A stretch of 64,000 nucleotides of DNA from Mobula hypostoma (GCF_963921235.1 NC_086097.1:234300001-234364000), one strand, 5' to 3'; counted from the stretch's first letter, positions 12,933 to 26,577 are shown. Made by a program: numbers and translations. The notes: generated from the letters alone by a model not told the origin.

Positions 12933-13989
12933 ACATGGAATAGCTCTGGGCCAGGAAGCCCTGGTTTCAATTTGTATCTTCTTGACATGACTGGCAGCAG
13001 TCTGGTTGTTGATGGACAATAAAAAGGATAATTTGCTCATAAAAGCTTCTATCTTGAAGGAGGTGAGCTGATTTCTGTTCCACGGAGTTACCACCACTCC
13101 CCAAGGCTAGTGTCCTGACCACTCATAGGGAAATGGAACGCTGCCTACAGTGATACTGGCACTCCTGTTTGAACACTGGCACCCTGAGCTTACAGACAAC
13201 TTCCAATGCAACCCTCAGGCATTGATGGTTTCTGCTTTACTTACGACAGAGTCCAGACGCTGGATGATGCCTGGGTATGTTATTCCAGCTCTTGTCACTT
13301 CCGCTTGTAGTTTGGGCCTTTCTTGTCATCAATTAAATATCATGGCAGAAATGCCCACACCTGGTTAGAAGAACTAATACATTTCAGCCAAAATTTAGAT
13401 GAAAATGATTCTTTCAACAATCATCCCAATTAGCCACCTATGAATGAATTACCACCGCAGCACTGAATTATGTACAGTTAGTTCCTCTTGGCGTGGACTC
13501 ATTTGGAACCAGGGAAGATGATGCACCAAAATCATGTTGAGTTCTTATTGTAATGAGCTCAGCATTCAGACAGAGCTGATTGTGTCATCTATTGTCTAAG
13601 GAGAGCGCCCTATTTTCAAAGTGGCGGTCACCAGCGTGAAAGTGTTCTTTTAAAGCCAGCTTGCTTCTCTTACAAGGGAGTGTGCCTGCAGCACGCAGTG
13701 AGGTAAATGAGGCAGTGGTTAGGGCATGCAAAAAGCTTCCAAGCAGAGTTGTTAGTTATTTATATGAAAATTCTGAGATGGAAAATTTTCTGGTTCAAAG
13801 GCTGTTATCATCACTTAAACTGCAGTAGGCAGTTTACATGGTTTGACATGGACTCGATGAGCCGAAGGTCCTGCTTCTTTTCTATGACTCTTTGATTCTA
13901 TTTGCCTAGTTTTCTTCAAAAAGACAATGATATTAATTTTCTTCTCTGATTTCACCACCAACTTTTCAACATTGGAACTTTAGTGGTAT

Positions 13990-14365
13990 CTTTCCCAGAT
14001 TGAGTTAGGACTTTGGTCCCTGGAATATTGGAGTAAGAAAGGAGATTTTATTGAGGGAAACAGGAAATAGATTGGGTTAATGCAAGCAGATTTTTTTTTC
14101 CTGAGCTATGAACTAAAAGTCATAGGTTTAGGGTGAAAGGTGAAATATTTTAGGGAAATCTGAGGGAGAACTTCTTCACTCAGAGGTGAGAGTGTGAAAT
14201 GAGATGCTAGTGGAAGTGGTAGCTGTGGATTCAATTGAACATTTAAGAGAAAGCCCATGGATGAGAGCAGTTTGGAGGGACTATGTATCAAGTGCGGGTT
14301 GATGGGACCGTGCAGAAAATCAGGTTAGCGCTGAGGACCTGTTTTTATATTGTTATTTTCTACAA
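13990..14365 (+). mobile_element. Highly decayed CR1 3' fragment
   Basis: GGAGAACTTCTTCACTCAGAGGTG and related CR1 C-terminal motifs. Confidence 0.7.
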
Positions 14366-14544
14366 CTCTACAACTATTAAAATCCCACTCCTGATAGTCC
14401 GGTAAGTTGCTGAGTGGACCTCTGCCCCTGTGTATTTCCTATCTGTAATGAGTTTGTACAGCCTGGCACAGGAGCTTCATAACTTCCAAAAGCCCCGCAA
14501 ATGAACAGACTATTCAACACATCTGATGTAAATTTTCTGAGAAT

Positions 14545-15400
14545 TGTACAATATAGAAAGAGGCCATTCAGCCCATCTCATCCATGCCAGCCTGTGGGCA
14601 CCAATCCTAATTAATCCCATTGCCTAGCACTTGGTCCACAACCCTCTGTGCCTAAGAGATTCAAGTGGTCATCTGGGTGAAGAAGGTTCCCCTCATATCT
14701 CTAAATCCCTTCTCCCTCACCTTTAACCTATGTCGTCCAGATTTATCTACCTCTGTCATCAGGAAATGTTTTCTGCAATCTGTCCTGTCTATGCCCCTCA
14801 GCTCCTTATACACATATCTTATTAAGTATTTTCTTAACCTTCTGTGCTCTAAGGAAAACAGATCTAGCTTCTTCAGTCTCTTATCATAACTGAACTGCTC
14901 CCTACCAGGCAATATACTCATGAATCTCTTCTTCCTCCCTCCTCCCTGCAAGATCACAACATTCTTAGTCCTTGGTAACCAAAACTGTGCACAGGTCTGA
15001 TGAAACTTTCATACAGCTGGAACATAACCTCCCTACTTCTGTATTCTATGTCCTGACTAATGAAGGCCAGCATCCCATATGGCTTTCTAAACACATTATC
15101 TAAACACATTACCTAACTACGATTCCATTTTCAAGGATCTATGGACCTCTGGTCTTCAATATTTCTTAAGACTCTACTGTTCAGTGTGTCCCAGCCTCAT
15201 TAATGCTCCCAAACTACTTCACCTCACAGCTGACTGCCATTTTCAGCCCATTTTACCAACACATCAATATCTCTTCTACACTATTAAGAAGTCCTCCAAT
15301 CTTCGTTTTATTTATGACTTTCACGTTCAAGCCATTCACATATTTTACAAACAGGAGTCCCAGCGCTAAACTTTGAAGGATATTACTTGACACAGGCATC
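14545..15400 (-). mobile_element. Decayed CR1 fragment
   Basis: ORF 14661-14957 LDLFSLEHRRLR...FFTQ. Confidence 0.8.
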
Positions 15401-15430
15401 TAATCACATAAACAACTCACTGCTAATAAT

Positions 15431-15882
15431 CGATAGACAATAGACAATAGGTGTGGGAGTAGGCCATTCGGCCCTTTGAGCCAGCACCGCCATTCACTGT
15501 GATCATGGCTGATCATCCACAATCGGTATCCAGTTCCTGCCTGATCCCCATAACCTTTGATTCCACTATCTTTAAGAGCTCTATCCATCTCTTTTTTGAA
15601 AGCATCCAGAGACTTGGCCTCCACAGCCTTCTGGGGCAGAGCATTCCACAGATCCACCACTCTCTGGGTGAAAAAGTTTTTCCTCAACTCCGTTCTAAAT
15701 GGCTTACCCCTAATTCTTAAACTGTGGCCTCTGGTTCTGCACTCACCCATCAGCGGGAACATGCTTCCTGCCTGCAGCGTGTCCAATCCCTTAATAATCT
15801 TATATGTTTCAATAAGATCCCCTCTCAGCCTTCTAAATTCCAGAGTATACAAGCCCAGTCACTCCAATCTTTCGACATATGA
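15431..15882 (-). mobile_element. CR1 3' fragment, (TATTGTC)n-tailed family
   Basis: ORF 15400-15852 encodes an intact CR1 C-terminus. Confidence 0.92.
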
Positions 15883-17070
15883 CATAGAAACATAGAAACA
15901 TAGAAAATAGGTGCAGGAATAGGCCATTCGGCCCTTCGAGCCTGCACTGCCATTCAGTATGATCATGGCTGATCATTCAACTCAGAACCCTGCACCAGCC
16001 TTCCCTCCATACCCCCTGATCCCTTTAGCCACAAGAGTCATATCTAACTCCCTCTTAAATATAGCCAATGAACTGGCCTCAACTGTTTCCTGTGGCAGAG
16101 AATTCCACAGATTCACCACTCTCTGTGTGAAGAAGTTTTTCCTCGTCTCGATCCTACAAGGCTTCGCCTTTATCCTCAAACTGTGACCCCTTGCTCTGGA
16201 CTTCCTCAACATCGGAAACAATCTTCCTGCATCTAGCCTGTCCAATCCCTTTAGGATTTTATACGTTTCAATCAGATCCCCCCTCAATCTTCTAAATTCC
16301 AATGAGTATAAGCCTAGATCATCCAGTCTTTCATCATATGAAAGTCCTGCCATCCCAGGAATCAATCTGGTGAACCTTCTTTGTACTCCCTCTATGGCAA
16401 GGATGTCTCTCCTCAGATTAGGGGACCAAAACTGCACACAATACTCCAGGTGTGGTTTCACCAAGGCCTTGTACAACTGCAGTTGTACCTCCCTGCTCCT
16501 GTACTCGATTCCCCTTGTTATGAAGGCCAGCATGCCATTAGCTTTTTTCACTGCCTGCTGTACTTGCATGCTTGCTTTCAGTGACTGATGTACAAGAACA
16601 CCTAGATCTCATTGTGCTTCCCCTTTTCCTAACTTGACTCCAATTAGATAATAATCTGCCTTCCCGTTCTTACCACCAAAGTGGATGACCTCACATTTAT
16701 CCACATTAAACTGCATCTGCCCATTCACCCAGCCTGTTCAAGTCACCCTGCATTCTCATAACATCCTCCTCACATTTCACACTGCCACCCAGCTTTGTGT
16801 CGTCGGCATATTTGCTAATGTTACTTTTAATTCCCTCATTTAAATCATTAATATATATTGCAAACAGCTGCGGTCCCAGCACTGAACCCTGCGGTATCCC
16901 ACTGGTCACTGCCTGCCATTCCGAAAGGGACCCGTTAATCGCTGCTCTTTGTTTTCTGTCTGCCAGCCAATTTTCAATCCATGTCAGTAATCTGCCCCCA
17001 ATACCATGTGCCCTAATTTTGCCCACTAATCTCCTATGCGGGACTTTATCAAAGGTTTTCTGTAATCCAC
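15883..17070 (-). mobile_element. Young CR1, 5'-truncated
   Basis: ORFs 15982-16569 and 16706-17026 ([14 protein letters not shown]); (TTTCTATG)n tail. Confidence 0.95.
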
Positions 17071-18198
17071 TGTAACTTAACCCAGAGTTCCAGCCTTTGT
17101 GGAAGTTTGTGGTCCCAAAGAAGGGTCTCAGCCTGAAACATCGACTATTTATTCATTTCTATAGAATACAATTCCTCCAGTATTTTGCATTTGTTGTTTG
17201 TGGAAGCTGCAGCAAGGCAAGGGTTAAAATGGAGTGCTGGCAAAACAGAGTGCAGACATTGTACATTCTCAAACAGAATCAAACCATTGAGACCTGGAAG
17301 TCCCACGGTGTGAAAGCTCACAAATCAAGAGGTAAGATGATAAGCTGACAGAGAGAGTGTACAGACATAGTGCAGTCAACCAGGCTGAACACGGCCCTCG
17401 AAAACCTAATTCTCCTTTGAACAGATTTTCTGTTCAAGCCTGAGAACCCAGGTCACCGAGCATACCAAGACAAGATAAAGATGCAAACAAAGGATTCTAG
17501 GGCAACACTTACTATTGGTCAGTTATTTTACTAATGCTCAAGTATTATTGGCTTTTAACTCGTAGATTGATGGTTATTAACCCTGGAAATATGTGTTAGG
17601 ATTGCCACTTAAATATGTAAATAATAGAATTCAGAATTGCACAAATTTTTTCGATTGGATTAATGTATGTTTCCAAATAGTAAATTTCTGTATAAAAATG
17701 GCATTTAGAGCTGCAGAAGAATCATAGAAAAGTACAGCACAGAAACAGGCCCTTCAGCCAAAACCATTTAAACTGCCTACTCCCATCGACCTGCACGGGG
17801 ACCAGAGCCCTCCATTCCCTATCATCCATGTCCCCATCTAAACTTTGCTTAAATGTTGAAATCGAGCTCACATGCATTTCTTTGTTCAAGCTTCAGAGCA
17901 GCTTGGTGGCCGGAGCCAAGCTGGTTTCCTTGAGCACAAATAAATAAAGTACAAATGAGGGACGAGTGTGAGTTTTCCGATTCCAGTTAATCAGCACCAA
18001 CACCTTTGCTCAATTGAACTGTTAGCGGAGTTTGATGTACCTGGCACCTTTAAACTTGCAGACAGACATTTCAGAACGAAAAATCCAATGTGGATCTAAA
18101 TTAAACATTGCTGCCTCATCTTTACTGTATCTGATTTAAACGTAATGGCTCACTTTGCAAAGGAGAAACCATAAAGCAATCGACTAAATTATTTGGAT

Positions 18199-20547
18199 CA
18201 TAGAAACATAGAAACATAGAAAATAGGTGCAGGAGTAGGCCATTCGGCCCTTCGAGCCTGCACCGCCATTTATTATGATCATGGCTGATCATCCAACTCA
18301 GAACCCCGCCCCAGCCTTCCCTCCATACCCCCTGACCCCTGTAGCCACAAAGGCCATATCTAACTCCCTCTTAAACATAGCCAATGAACTGGCCTCAACA
18401 GTTTCCTGTGGCAGAGAATTCCACAGATTCACCACTCTCTGTGTGAAGAAGTTTTTCCTAATCTCGGTCCGAAAAGGCTTCCCCTCTATCCTCAAACTGT
18501 GATCCCTCGTTCTGGACTTCCCCAACATCGGGAACAATCTTCCTGCATCTAGCCTGTCCAATCCCTTTAGGATCTTATACGTTTCAAACAGATCCCCCCT
18601 CAATCTTCTAAATTCCAACGAGTACAAGCCCAGTTCATCCAGACTTTCTTCATATGAAAGTCCTGCCATCCCAGGAATCAATCTGGTGAATTTTGTACTC
18701 CCTCTATGGCAAAGATGTCTTTCCTCAGATTAGGGGACCAAAATTGCACACAATACTCCAGGTGTGGTCTCACCAAGGCCTTGTACAACTGCAGGAGTAC
18801 CTCCCTGCTCCTGTACTCGAATCCTCTCGCTATAAATGCCAGCATACCATTTGCCTTTTTCACCGCCTGCTGTACCTGCATGCCCACTTTCAACGACTGG
18901 TGTATAATGACACCCAGGACTCGTTGCACCTCCCCTTTTCCTAACCGGCCACCATTCAGATAATAATCTGTTTTCCTATTTTTGCCACCAAAGTGGATAA
19001 CTTCACATTTATCCACATTAAATTGCATCTGCCATGAGTTTGCCCACTCACCCAACCTATCCAAGTCACCCTGCATCCTCTTAGCATCCTCCTCACAGCT
19101 AACACTGCCACCCAGCTTCGTGTCATCCGCAAACTTGGAGATGCTGCATTTAATTCCCTCATCCAAGTCATTAATATATATTGTAAACAACTGGGGTCCC
19201 AGCACTGAGCCTTGCGGTACCCCACTAGTCACTGCCTGCCATTCTGAAATGGTCCCATTTATTCCCACTCTTTGCTTCCTGTCTGCTAACCAATTCTCCA
19301 CCCACACCAATACCTTACCCCCAATACCGTGTGCTTTAAGTTTGCACACTAATCTCCTGTGTGGGACCTTGTCAAAAGCCTTTTGAAAATCCAAATATAC
19401 CACATCCACTGGTTCTCCCCTATCCACTCTACTAGTTACACCCTCAAAAAATTCTATGAGATTCGACAGACATGATTTTCCTTTCACAAATCCATGCTGA
19501 CTTTGTCCGATGATTTCACCGCTTTCCAAATGTGCTGTTATCACATCCTTGATAACTGACTCAAGCAGTTTCCCCACCACCGACGTTAGGCTAACCGGTC
19601 TATAATTCCCCGGTTTCTCTCTCCCTCCTTTTTTAAAAAGTGGAGTTACATTAGCCACCCTCCAATCCTCAGGAACTAGTCCAGAATCTAACAAGTTTTG
19701 AAAAACTATCACTAATGCATCCACTATTTCTTGGGCTACTTCCTTAAACACTCTAGGATGCAGACCATCTGGCCCTGGGGATTTATCTGCCTTCAATCCC
19801 TTCAATTTACCTAACACCACTTCTCTACTAACATGTATTTCGCTCAGTTCTTCCATCTCACTGGACCCTCTGTCCCCTACTATTTCTGGAAGATTATTTA
19901 TGTCCTCCTTAGTGAAGACAGAACCAAAGTAATTATTCAATTGGTCTGCTATGTCCTTGCTCCCCATAATCAATTCACCTGTTTCTGTCTGCAGGGGACC
20001 TACATTTGTCTTTACCAGTCTTTTCCTTTTTACATATCTATAAAAGCTTTTACAGTCCATTTTTATGTTCCCTGCCAGTTTTCTCTCATAATCTTTTTTC
20101 CCCTTCCTAATTAAGCCCTTTGTCCTCCTCTGCTGAACTCTGAATTTCTCCCAGTCCTCAGGTGAGCCACTTTCTCTGGCTAATTTGTATGCTTCTTCTT
20201 TGGAATTGATACTATCCCTAATTTCTCTTGTCAGCCACGGGTGCACTACCTTCCTTGATTTATTCTTTTGCCAAACTGGGATGAACAATTGTTGTAGTTC
20301 ATCCATGCAACCTTTAAATGCTTGCCATTGCATATCCACCGTCAATCCTTTAAGTGTCATTTGCCAGTCTATCTTAGCTAATTCACGTCTCATACTTTCA
20401 ACGTTACCCCTCTTTAAGTTCAGAACCTTTGTTTCTGAATTAACTATGTCACTCTCCATCTTAATGAAGAATTCCACCATATTATGGTCACTCTTACCCA
20501 AGGGGCCTCTCACGACAAGATCGCTAATTAACCCTTCCTCATTGCTC
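18199..20547 (-). mobile_element. Young CR1, 5'-truncated, with a long open ORF2 segment
   Basis: 635-aa ORF 18678-20585 with RT motifs ([23 protein letters not shown]); one frameshift near 18690. Confidence 0.97.
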
Positions 20548-21214
20548 ATGGATGCAATCAGTTTAATCTGACACAAGCACAACATCTCTATTCAAGTAAA
20601 TTGCAGATTAATTTTTTTGTGAGGAAGGTGAATAGAGCTGATTCTAAATGATTTAAGTTAGCTTCAATTGCCTGAAATTCAAATCTCATACACTTTCAGT
20701 TCACTAAACCATTAGTGGAGACTCAAATTGCGGCCAATTCCATTTATTTTTGCGAGGCGCCCCATTCCAGTCTCTCACATAAATAAATTAAATTGGCCAA
20801 AAAGACATCTGGAAAGAGCTTGGATCATTACATCTAAAAATACATGCTTACACGATTGTTAACAAGACCAGGTGCGTTGCATTTGAATTGCTGCATAATC
20901 CCTTCATTATATCCCTAATGTTGGGTCTTGGCCCAAAAAGTCGACGAATTATTCTTCTCCATAGATGGTCTGTCCAACCAGCTGAGTTCCTCGGATTTTC
21001 TCTGTCTGCTCTTCTGGATTTCCAGCATCTGCAGTACCTTGTTTGTTTATGCATACTCCCTTGTCTTTCCTGTAACTCAGTCCTTCAAGGCATTATCTAA
21101 GAATAGTCATGTATATCCTTAACATAAAATATTGTATTTTCTTATGACCAATTGAGTCTATGCAGGGTCTCAGAGGACACCCATCTATCCTTTTCCAAAA
21201 TCTCCGTTACCTTT

Positions 21215-21518
21215 TAGAAACATAGAAACATAGAAAATAGGTGCAGGAGTAGGCCATTCGGCCCTTCGAGCCTGCACCGCCATTTATTATGATCATGGCT
21301 GATCATCCAACTCAGAACCCAGCCTTCCCTCCATACCCCCTGACCCCTGTAGCCACAAGGGCCATATCTAACTTCCTTTTAAACATAGCTAATGAACTGG
21401 CCTCAACAGTTTGCTGTGGCAGAGAATTCCACAGATTCACCACTCTCTGTGTGAAGAAGTTTTTCCTAACCTCGGTCCTAAAAGGCTTCCCCTCTATCCT
21501 CAAACTGTGACCCCTCGT
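21215..21518 (-). mobile_element. Young CR1 short 3' fragment
   Basis: Near-identical to 18199-18510. Confidence 0.95.
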
Positions 21519-21737
21519 TTTCTCTCTCACTTGTCCATCAACCTCCACTCCTCCACAGCCCCATCCCCAACTTTTGCTATCCATCAGCACTTTGAATATA
21601 TTCAGTAGCCAATTAATCTCCCAGCAACTTTCAGTCAAAGTTCAAAGTATATTTATTATCTAAGTATGTATACATTGTACAACCTTGAGATTTGTCTTTT
21701 AACAGGCAGCCACAAAACAAAGAAACCCAAAAAACAT

Positions 21738-22163
21738 AAACACAAAATACTCTGCAGATGCTGGGGTCAAAGCAACATTCACAACACGCTGGAGGAACTC
21801 AGCAGGTTGGGCAGCATCCGTGGAAACGATCAGTCAACGTTTCCGGCCGGAGTCCATCGTCAGGACTGTAGGGGGAAGGGGCAGAGGCCCTATAAAGAAG
21901 GTGGGGGGAGGGTGGGAAGGAGAAGGCTGGAAGGTTCCAGGTGAAAAACTAGTAAGGGGAAAGATAAAGGGGTGGGGGAGGGGAAGCAGGGAGGTGATAG
22001 GCAGGAAAGCTGAAGAAGGAAAAGAGGAAAACACAATGGGTAGTAGAAGGAGACGGAACCATAAGGGAGGTAGTAGGCAGCTGGGGGAGGGGGCATAGTG
22101 AAACTGGGATAGGGGAAGGGGGGGGGGAGGGAATTACCAGAAGTTGGAGAATTCAATGTTCAA
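21738..22163 (-). mobile_element. Penelope-like 3' end/pseudo-LTR
   Basis: Homologous to 43222-43402 and to the 3' part of 38890-40590; contains a hammerhead motif. Confidence 0.8.
21831..21868 (-). ncRNA. Minimal type-I hammerhead ribozyme motif (partly decayed)
   Basis: Minus strand CAGTC-CTGACGA-TGGACTCCGGCCG-GAAAC-GTT-GACTG: intact core, perfect stem I, mutated stem II. Confidence 0.7.
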
Positions 22164-22755
22164 TTAAACAAAGAACACTGTCATACACCCAATGGGCATA
22201 CCAAAAAAACAAATCATGCAAGCAATAAGCATAAGCAAGTAGTGTTCTGAACTGAAGTCCACAGAGATCCCATCCCCAGACACTTAGTTCAGCACAGAGC
22301 AGTGCAACGAGCTGAGCCGACCCATCTCTCGCCTCCAGTCCTGATACCCTAAACTTATCACTCAGCCCAGGCACCTAAATCATCATCCAAACATTGGGTT
22401 CAGTCACTTTGGTACTTTCAGTCTAGGCCCTAGACCCCGACCCTCGATTGAGCGTGTACCCAAACTTTCCGATTCGGTACGGCGCTTAAATCATCATCCA
22501 AACATTGGGTTCAGTCACCGCGATACGCTGTGGGACCTGGACCCTACCACCACAATTTAGTTAAGTTTGAACGTGCACAGTATGCGGAATAAAACTGATG
22601 AACTTGTAGCACAGTTACCATCTGGCAAATATGATGTTGTAGGCAACACTGAATCATGGCTGAAAGAAGATTATAGCTGGGAGCTTAATATCCAAGGATA
22701 CACATTGTATTGAAAGGATAGGCAGGAGGGCAGAGGAGGTTGTAAAAAATAAAAT

Positions 22756-23376
22756 TAGGCAGGAGGAGAAGATGGCAGCGCGCTGCGCGTGCGCAGCTCT
22801 CCGGTGAACAATGATGTCGTATCTGTTAAATAGGGGCCGTGGACAATTCTGATTTGATGGAGAATGGACTTGAAATCACAGAGGAACACCTGGAGAAATT
22901 TCTGAAACGTCCGCTGCTGTCGTTACTGTGTGGTCAGGAATTTTTCGGAGGGTAGGCCTCAAAATCCCTGACCTTGCCTGCTTTTGGCGACTGAGAAAGA
23001 GGTCGAATCGCTGGGACAGAGATGGCGCTCAGTACTCGGTGTCGGAGAGCTGATCAGAGCTCGAAGTTTTCGGATGACTCAGAGTCAGACGGTGGTCAGC
23101 ATGGCAGGGAGAGTTTTTCTTCCCTCTCCTGACTGCGTGAGATGTGGGACATTTGAGAAACTTTGAACTTTACTGTGCTCACGGACTTTCTTCATCAAGT
23201 ATTGGTATTGTGCACTGTTTTGTAACTATATGTATAATTATGTGGTTTTGTCAGTTTTTTCAGTCTTGGTTTGTCCTGTATTTTGTGATATCACACCGGA
23301 GGAAATAAAGTATCATTTCTTAATGCATGCATTACAAATGACAATAAAAGGGGACTACGTGTCTTCATAATCTAAT
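22756..23376 (+). mobile_element. Non-autonomous LINE-derived/SINE-like element inserted in CR1
   Basis: Homologous to 2880-3565; AATTA flanking duplication; CR1 sequence resumes after it. Confidence 0.8.
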
Positions 23377-24495
23377 TAAATCATTAGAAAGAGGTGGCGT
23401 AGGGTGGGAAAATGTTGAATTACTGTGTTAAAAGTGAAGGAACTGCAAGGTTGAAAATACCCTATTGAAAGTTATATATAGACCCCCGAACCTAAGATAT
23501 AGAAAATGCATGCCAATAGTACAATATTACGATAGTCATGGGGGAGTTCAATATGCCAGTAGATTGGGAAATCAGGTTGGTGCTGGATTACGTGGGGGGG
23601 GGCGGGGAGGGGTGGTGTTTCTAGAATGCCTACGAGATGGCTTTTTAGAGCATCTCGTGTTGAGCCCATCTGGGGATCAGCTATTCTGGATTGGGTGTTG
23701 TGCAATGAACTGATTAGAGAGCTTAAGGAAGAAGAACCCTTAGGAGAAGGTGATCATAATATGATTGAATTCACCATGAAATTTGAGAAGGAGAAGCTAA
23801 AGTCAGATGCATCAGTATTACAGTGGAGTAAAGGAAATTACAGAGCATGAGAAAGGAGTTGGCCAGAATTGAATGGACAATCTCCCTGGCAGAGATGATG
23901 GTAGTGCGGCAGTGGCTGAAATTTCTGAAAGCAATTTGTAAGAATATATATATCCTGAAGTGGAACAAGTATTCTAAAGGCAAGATGACACAACCATGTC
24001 TTACAAGGGAAGTCAAAGCTAACAGAAAAGCCAAAGAGAAGGTATATAATAGAGCAAAAATTAGTGGAAAGTTAGGGGATTGGGAGGCTTTTAAATACCA
24101 ACAGAAGGCAACTAAAAGGTCATTAAGAAGATAAAGATGGGATACAAAAGTAAGCTAGCCAATAATACTAAAGAGGATACTAAATGTTTCTTCAGATACA
24201 TAAAGTTTTAAAGAGAGGAGGGATTGGATATTGGACATTGGAAAATGATACTGGAGGGGTAGTAATGGGGGACAAGGAAATGGTGAACAAACTGAATAGG
24301 TATTTTACATCAGTCTTCACTGTCAAAGACACCAGCAGTGTGGTGGAAGTTTCACATGACAGGGGTCATGAAGTGTGCAAAGTTACCATTACTAAAGAGA
24401 TCAAGTACTGAAGGTGGATAAATCACCTGGACCAGATGGTATACACTCCAGGGTTCTGAAAGAGGTGGATGAAGAGATTGTGGAGGCATTAGTAA

Positions 24496-26577
24496 TAGAA
24501 ACATAGAAACATAGAAAATAGGTGCAGGAGTAGGTCATTCGGCCCTTCGAGCCTGCACCGCCATTTATTATGATCATGGCTGATCATCCAACTCAGAACC
24601 CCGCCCCAGCCTTCCCTCCATACCCCCTGATCCCCGTAGCCACAAGGGCCATATCTAATTCCCTCTTAAATATAGCCAATGAACTGGCCTCAACTGTTTC
24701 CTGTAGCAGAGAATTCCACAGATTCACCACTCTCTGTGTGAAGAAGTTTTTCCTAATCTCGGTCCTAAAAGGCTTCCCCTTTATCCTCAAACTGTGACCC
24801 CTTGTTCTGGATTTCCCCAACATCGGGAACAATCTTCCTGCATCTAGCCTGTCCAATTCCTTTAGGATTTTATACGTTTCGATCAGATCCCCCCTCAATC
24901 TTCTAAATTCCAATGAGTACAAGCCCAGTTCATCCAGTCTTTCTTCATATGAAAGTCCTGCCATCCCAGGAATCAATCTGGTGAACCTTCTTTGTACTCC
25001 CCCTATGGCAAGGATGTCTTTCCTCAGATTAGGGGACCAAAACTGCACACAATACTCCAGGTGTGGTCTCACCAAGGCCTTGTACAACTGCAGTAGTACC
25101 TCCCTGTTCCTGTACTCGAATCCTCTCACTATAAATGCCAGCATACCATTTGCCTTTTTCACCGCCTGCTGTACCTGCATGCCCACTTTCAATGACTGGT
25201 GTGTAATGACACCCAGGTCTCGTTGCACCTCCCCTTCTCCTAATCGGCCACCATTCAGATAATAATCTGTTTTCCTATTTTTGCCACCAAAGTGGATAAC
25301 TTCACATTTATCCACATTAAATTGCATCTGCCATGAATTTGCCCACTCACCCAACCTATCCAAGTCACTCTGCATCCTCTTAGCATCCTCCTCACAGCTA
25401 ACACTGCCACCCAGCTTCGTGTCATCCGCAAACTTGGAGATGCTGCATTTAATTCCCTCATCCAAGTCATTAATATATATTGTAAACAACTGGGGTCCCA
25501 GCACTGAGCCTTGCGGTACCCCACTAGTCACCGCCTGCCATTCTGAAAAGGTCTCGTTTATTCCCACTCTTTGCTTCCTGTCTGCTAACTAATTCTCCAT
25601 CCACATCAATACCTTACCCCCAATACCATGTGCTTTAGGTTTGCACACTAATCTCCTGTGTGGGACCTTGTCAAAAGCCTTTTGAAAATCCAAATATACC
25701 AGATCCACTGGTTCTCCCCTATCCACTCTACTAGTTACATCCTCAAAAAATTCTATGAGATTCGTCAGACATGATTTTCCTTTCACAAATCCATGCTGAC
25801 TTTGTCCGATGATTTCACCGCTTTCCAAATGTGCTGTGATCACATCTTTGATAACTGACTCCAGCACTTCCCTACCACCGACGTTAGGCTAACCGGGGTC
25901 TATAATTCCCCGGTATCTCTCTCCCTCCTTTTTTAAAAAGTGGGGTTACATTAGCCACCCTCCAATCCTCAGGAACTAGTCCAGAGTCTAACGAGTTTTG
26001 AAAAATTATCACTAATGCATCCACTATTTCTTGGGCTACTTCCTTAAGCACTCTAGGATGCAGACCATCTGGCCCTGGGGATTTATCTGCCTTCAATCCC
26101 TTCAATTTACCTAACACCACTTCCCTACTAACATGTATTTCGCTCAGTTCCTCCATCTCACTGGACCCTCTGTCCCCTACTATTTCTGGAAGATTATTTA
26201 TGTCCTCCTTAGTGAAGACAGAACCAAAGTAATTATTCAATTGGTCTGCCATGTCCTTGCTCCCCATAATCAATTCACCTGTTTCTGTCCGCAGGGGACC
26301 TACATTTGTCTTTACCAGTCTTTTCCTTTTTACATATCTATTAAAGCTTTTACAGTCCGTTTTTATGTTCCCTGCCAGTTTTCTCTCATAATCTTTTTTC
26401 CCCTTCCTAATTAAGCCCTTTGTCCTCCTCTGCTGAACTCTGAATTTCTCCCAGTCCTCAGGTGAGCCACTTTCTCTGGCTAATTTGTATGCTTCTTCTT
26501 TGGAATTGATACTATCCCTAATTTCCCTTGTCAGCCACGGGTGCACTACCTTCCTTGATTTATTCTTTTGCCAAAAA
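24496..26577 (-). mobile_element. Young CR1, 5'-truncated, nested in the old CR1
   Basis: ORFs 24593-25567, 25589-25867 and 25884-26627; tail at 24496. Confidence 0.96.

Larger units (their letters stand above)
21635..22560 (-). mobile_element. Non-autonomous retroposon fragment with an internal ~111-bp tandem repeat, interrupted by a Penelope end
   Basis: (TTTGAAC)n-like tail; TAAATCATCATCCAAACATTGGGTTCAGTCAC at ~22376 and ~22487. Confidence 0.55.

Noticed and set aside
18693..20571. Recurrent plus-strand ORFs (e.g. MPPKWITSHL...)
   Set aside because: Antisense shadows of CR1 ORF2; they recur only because the element recurs.
18678..20585. Long ORFs (635, 579, 472, 414 and 378 aa) as host genes
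   Set aside because: All are CR1 ORF2 pieces, 5'-truncated and repeated several times in the window.
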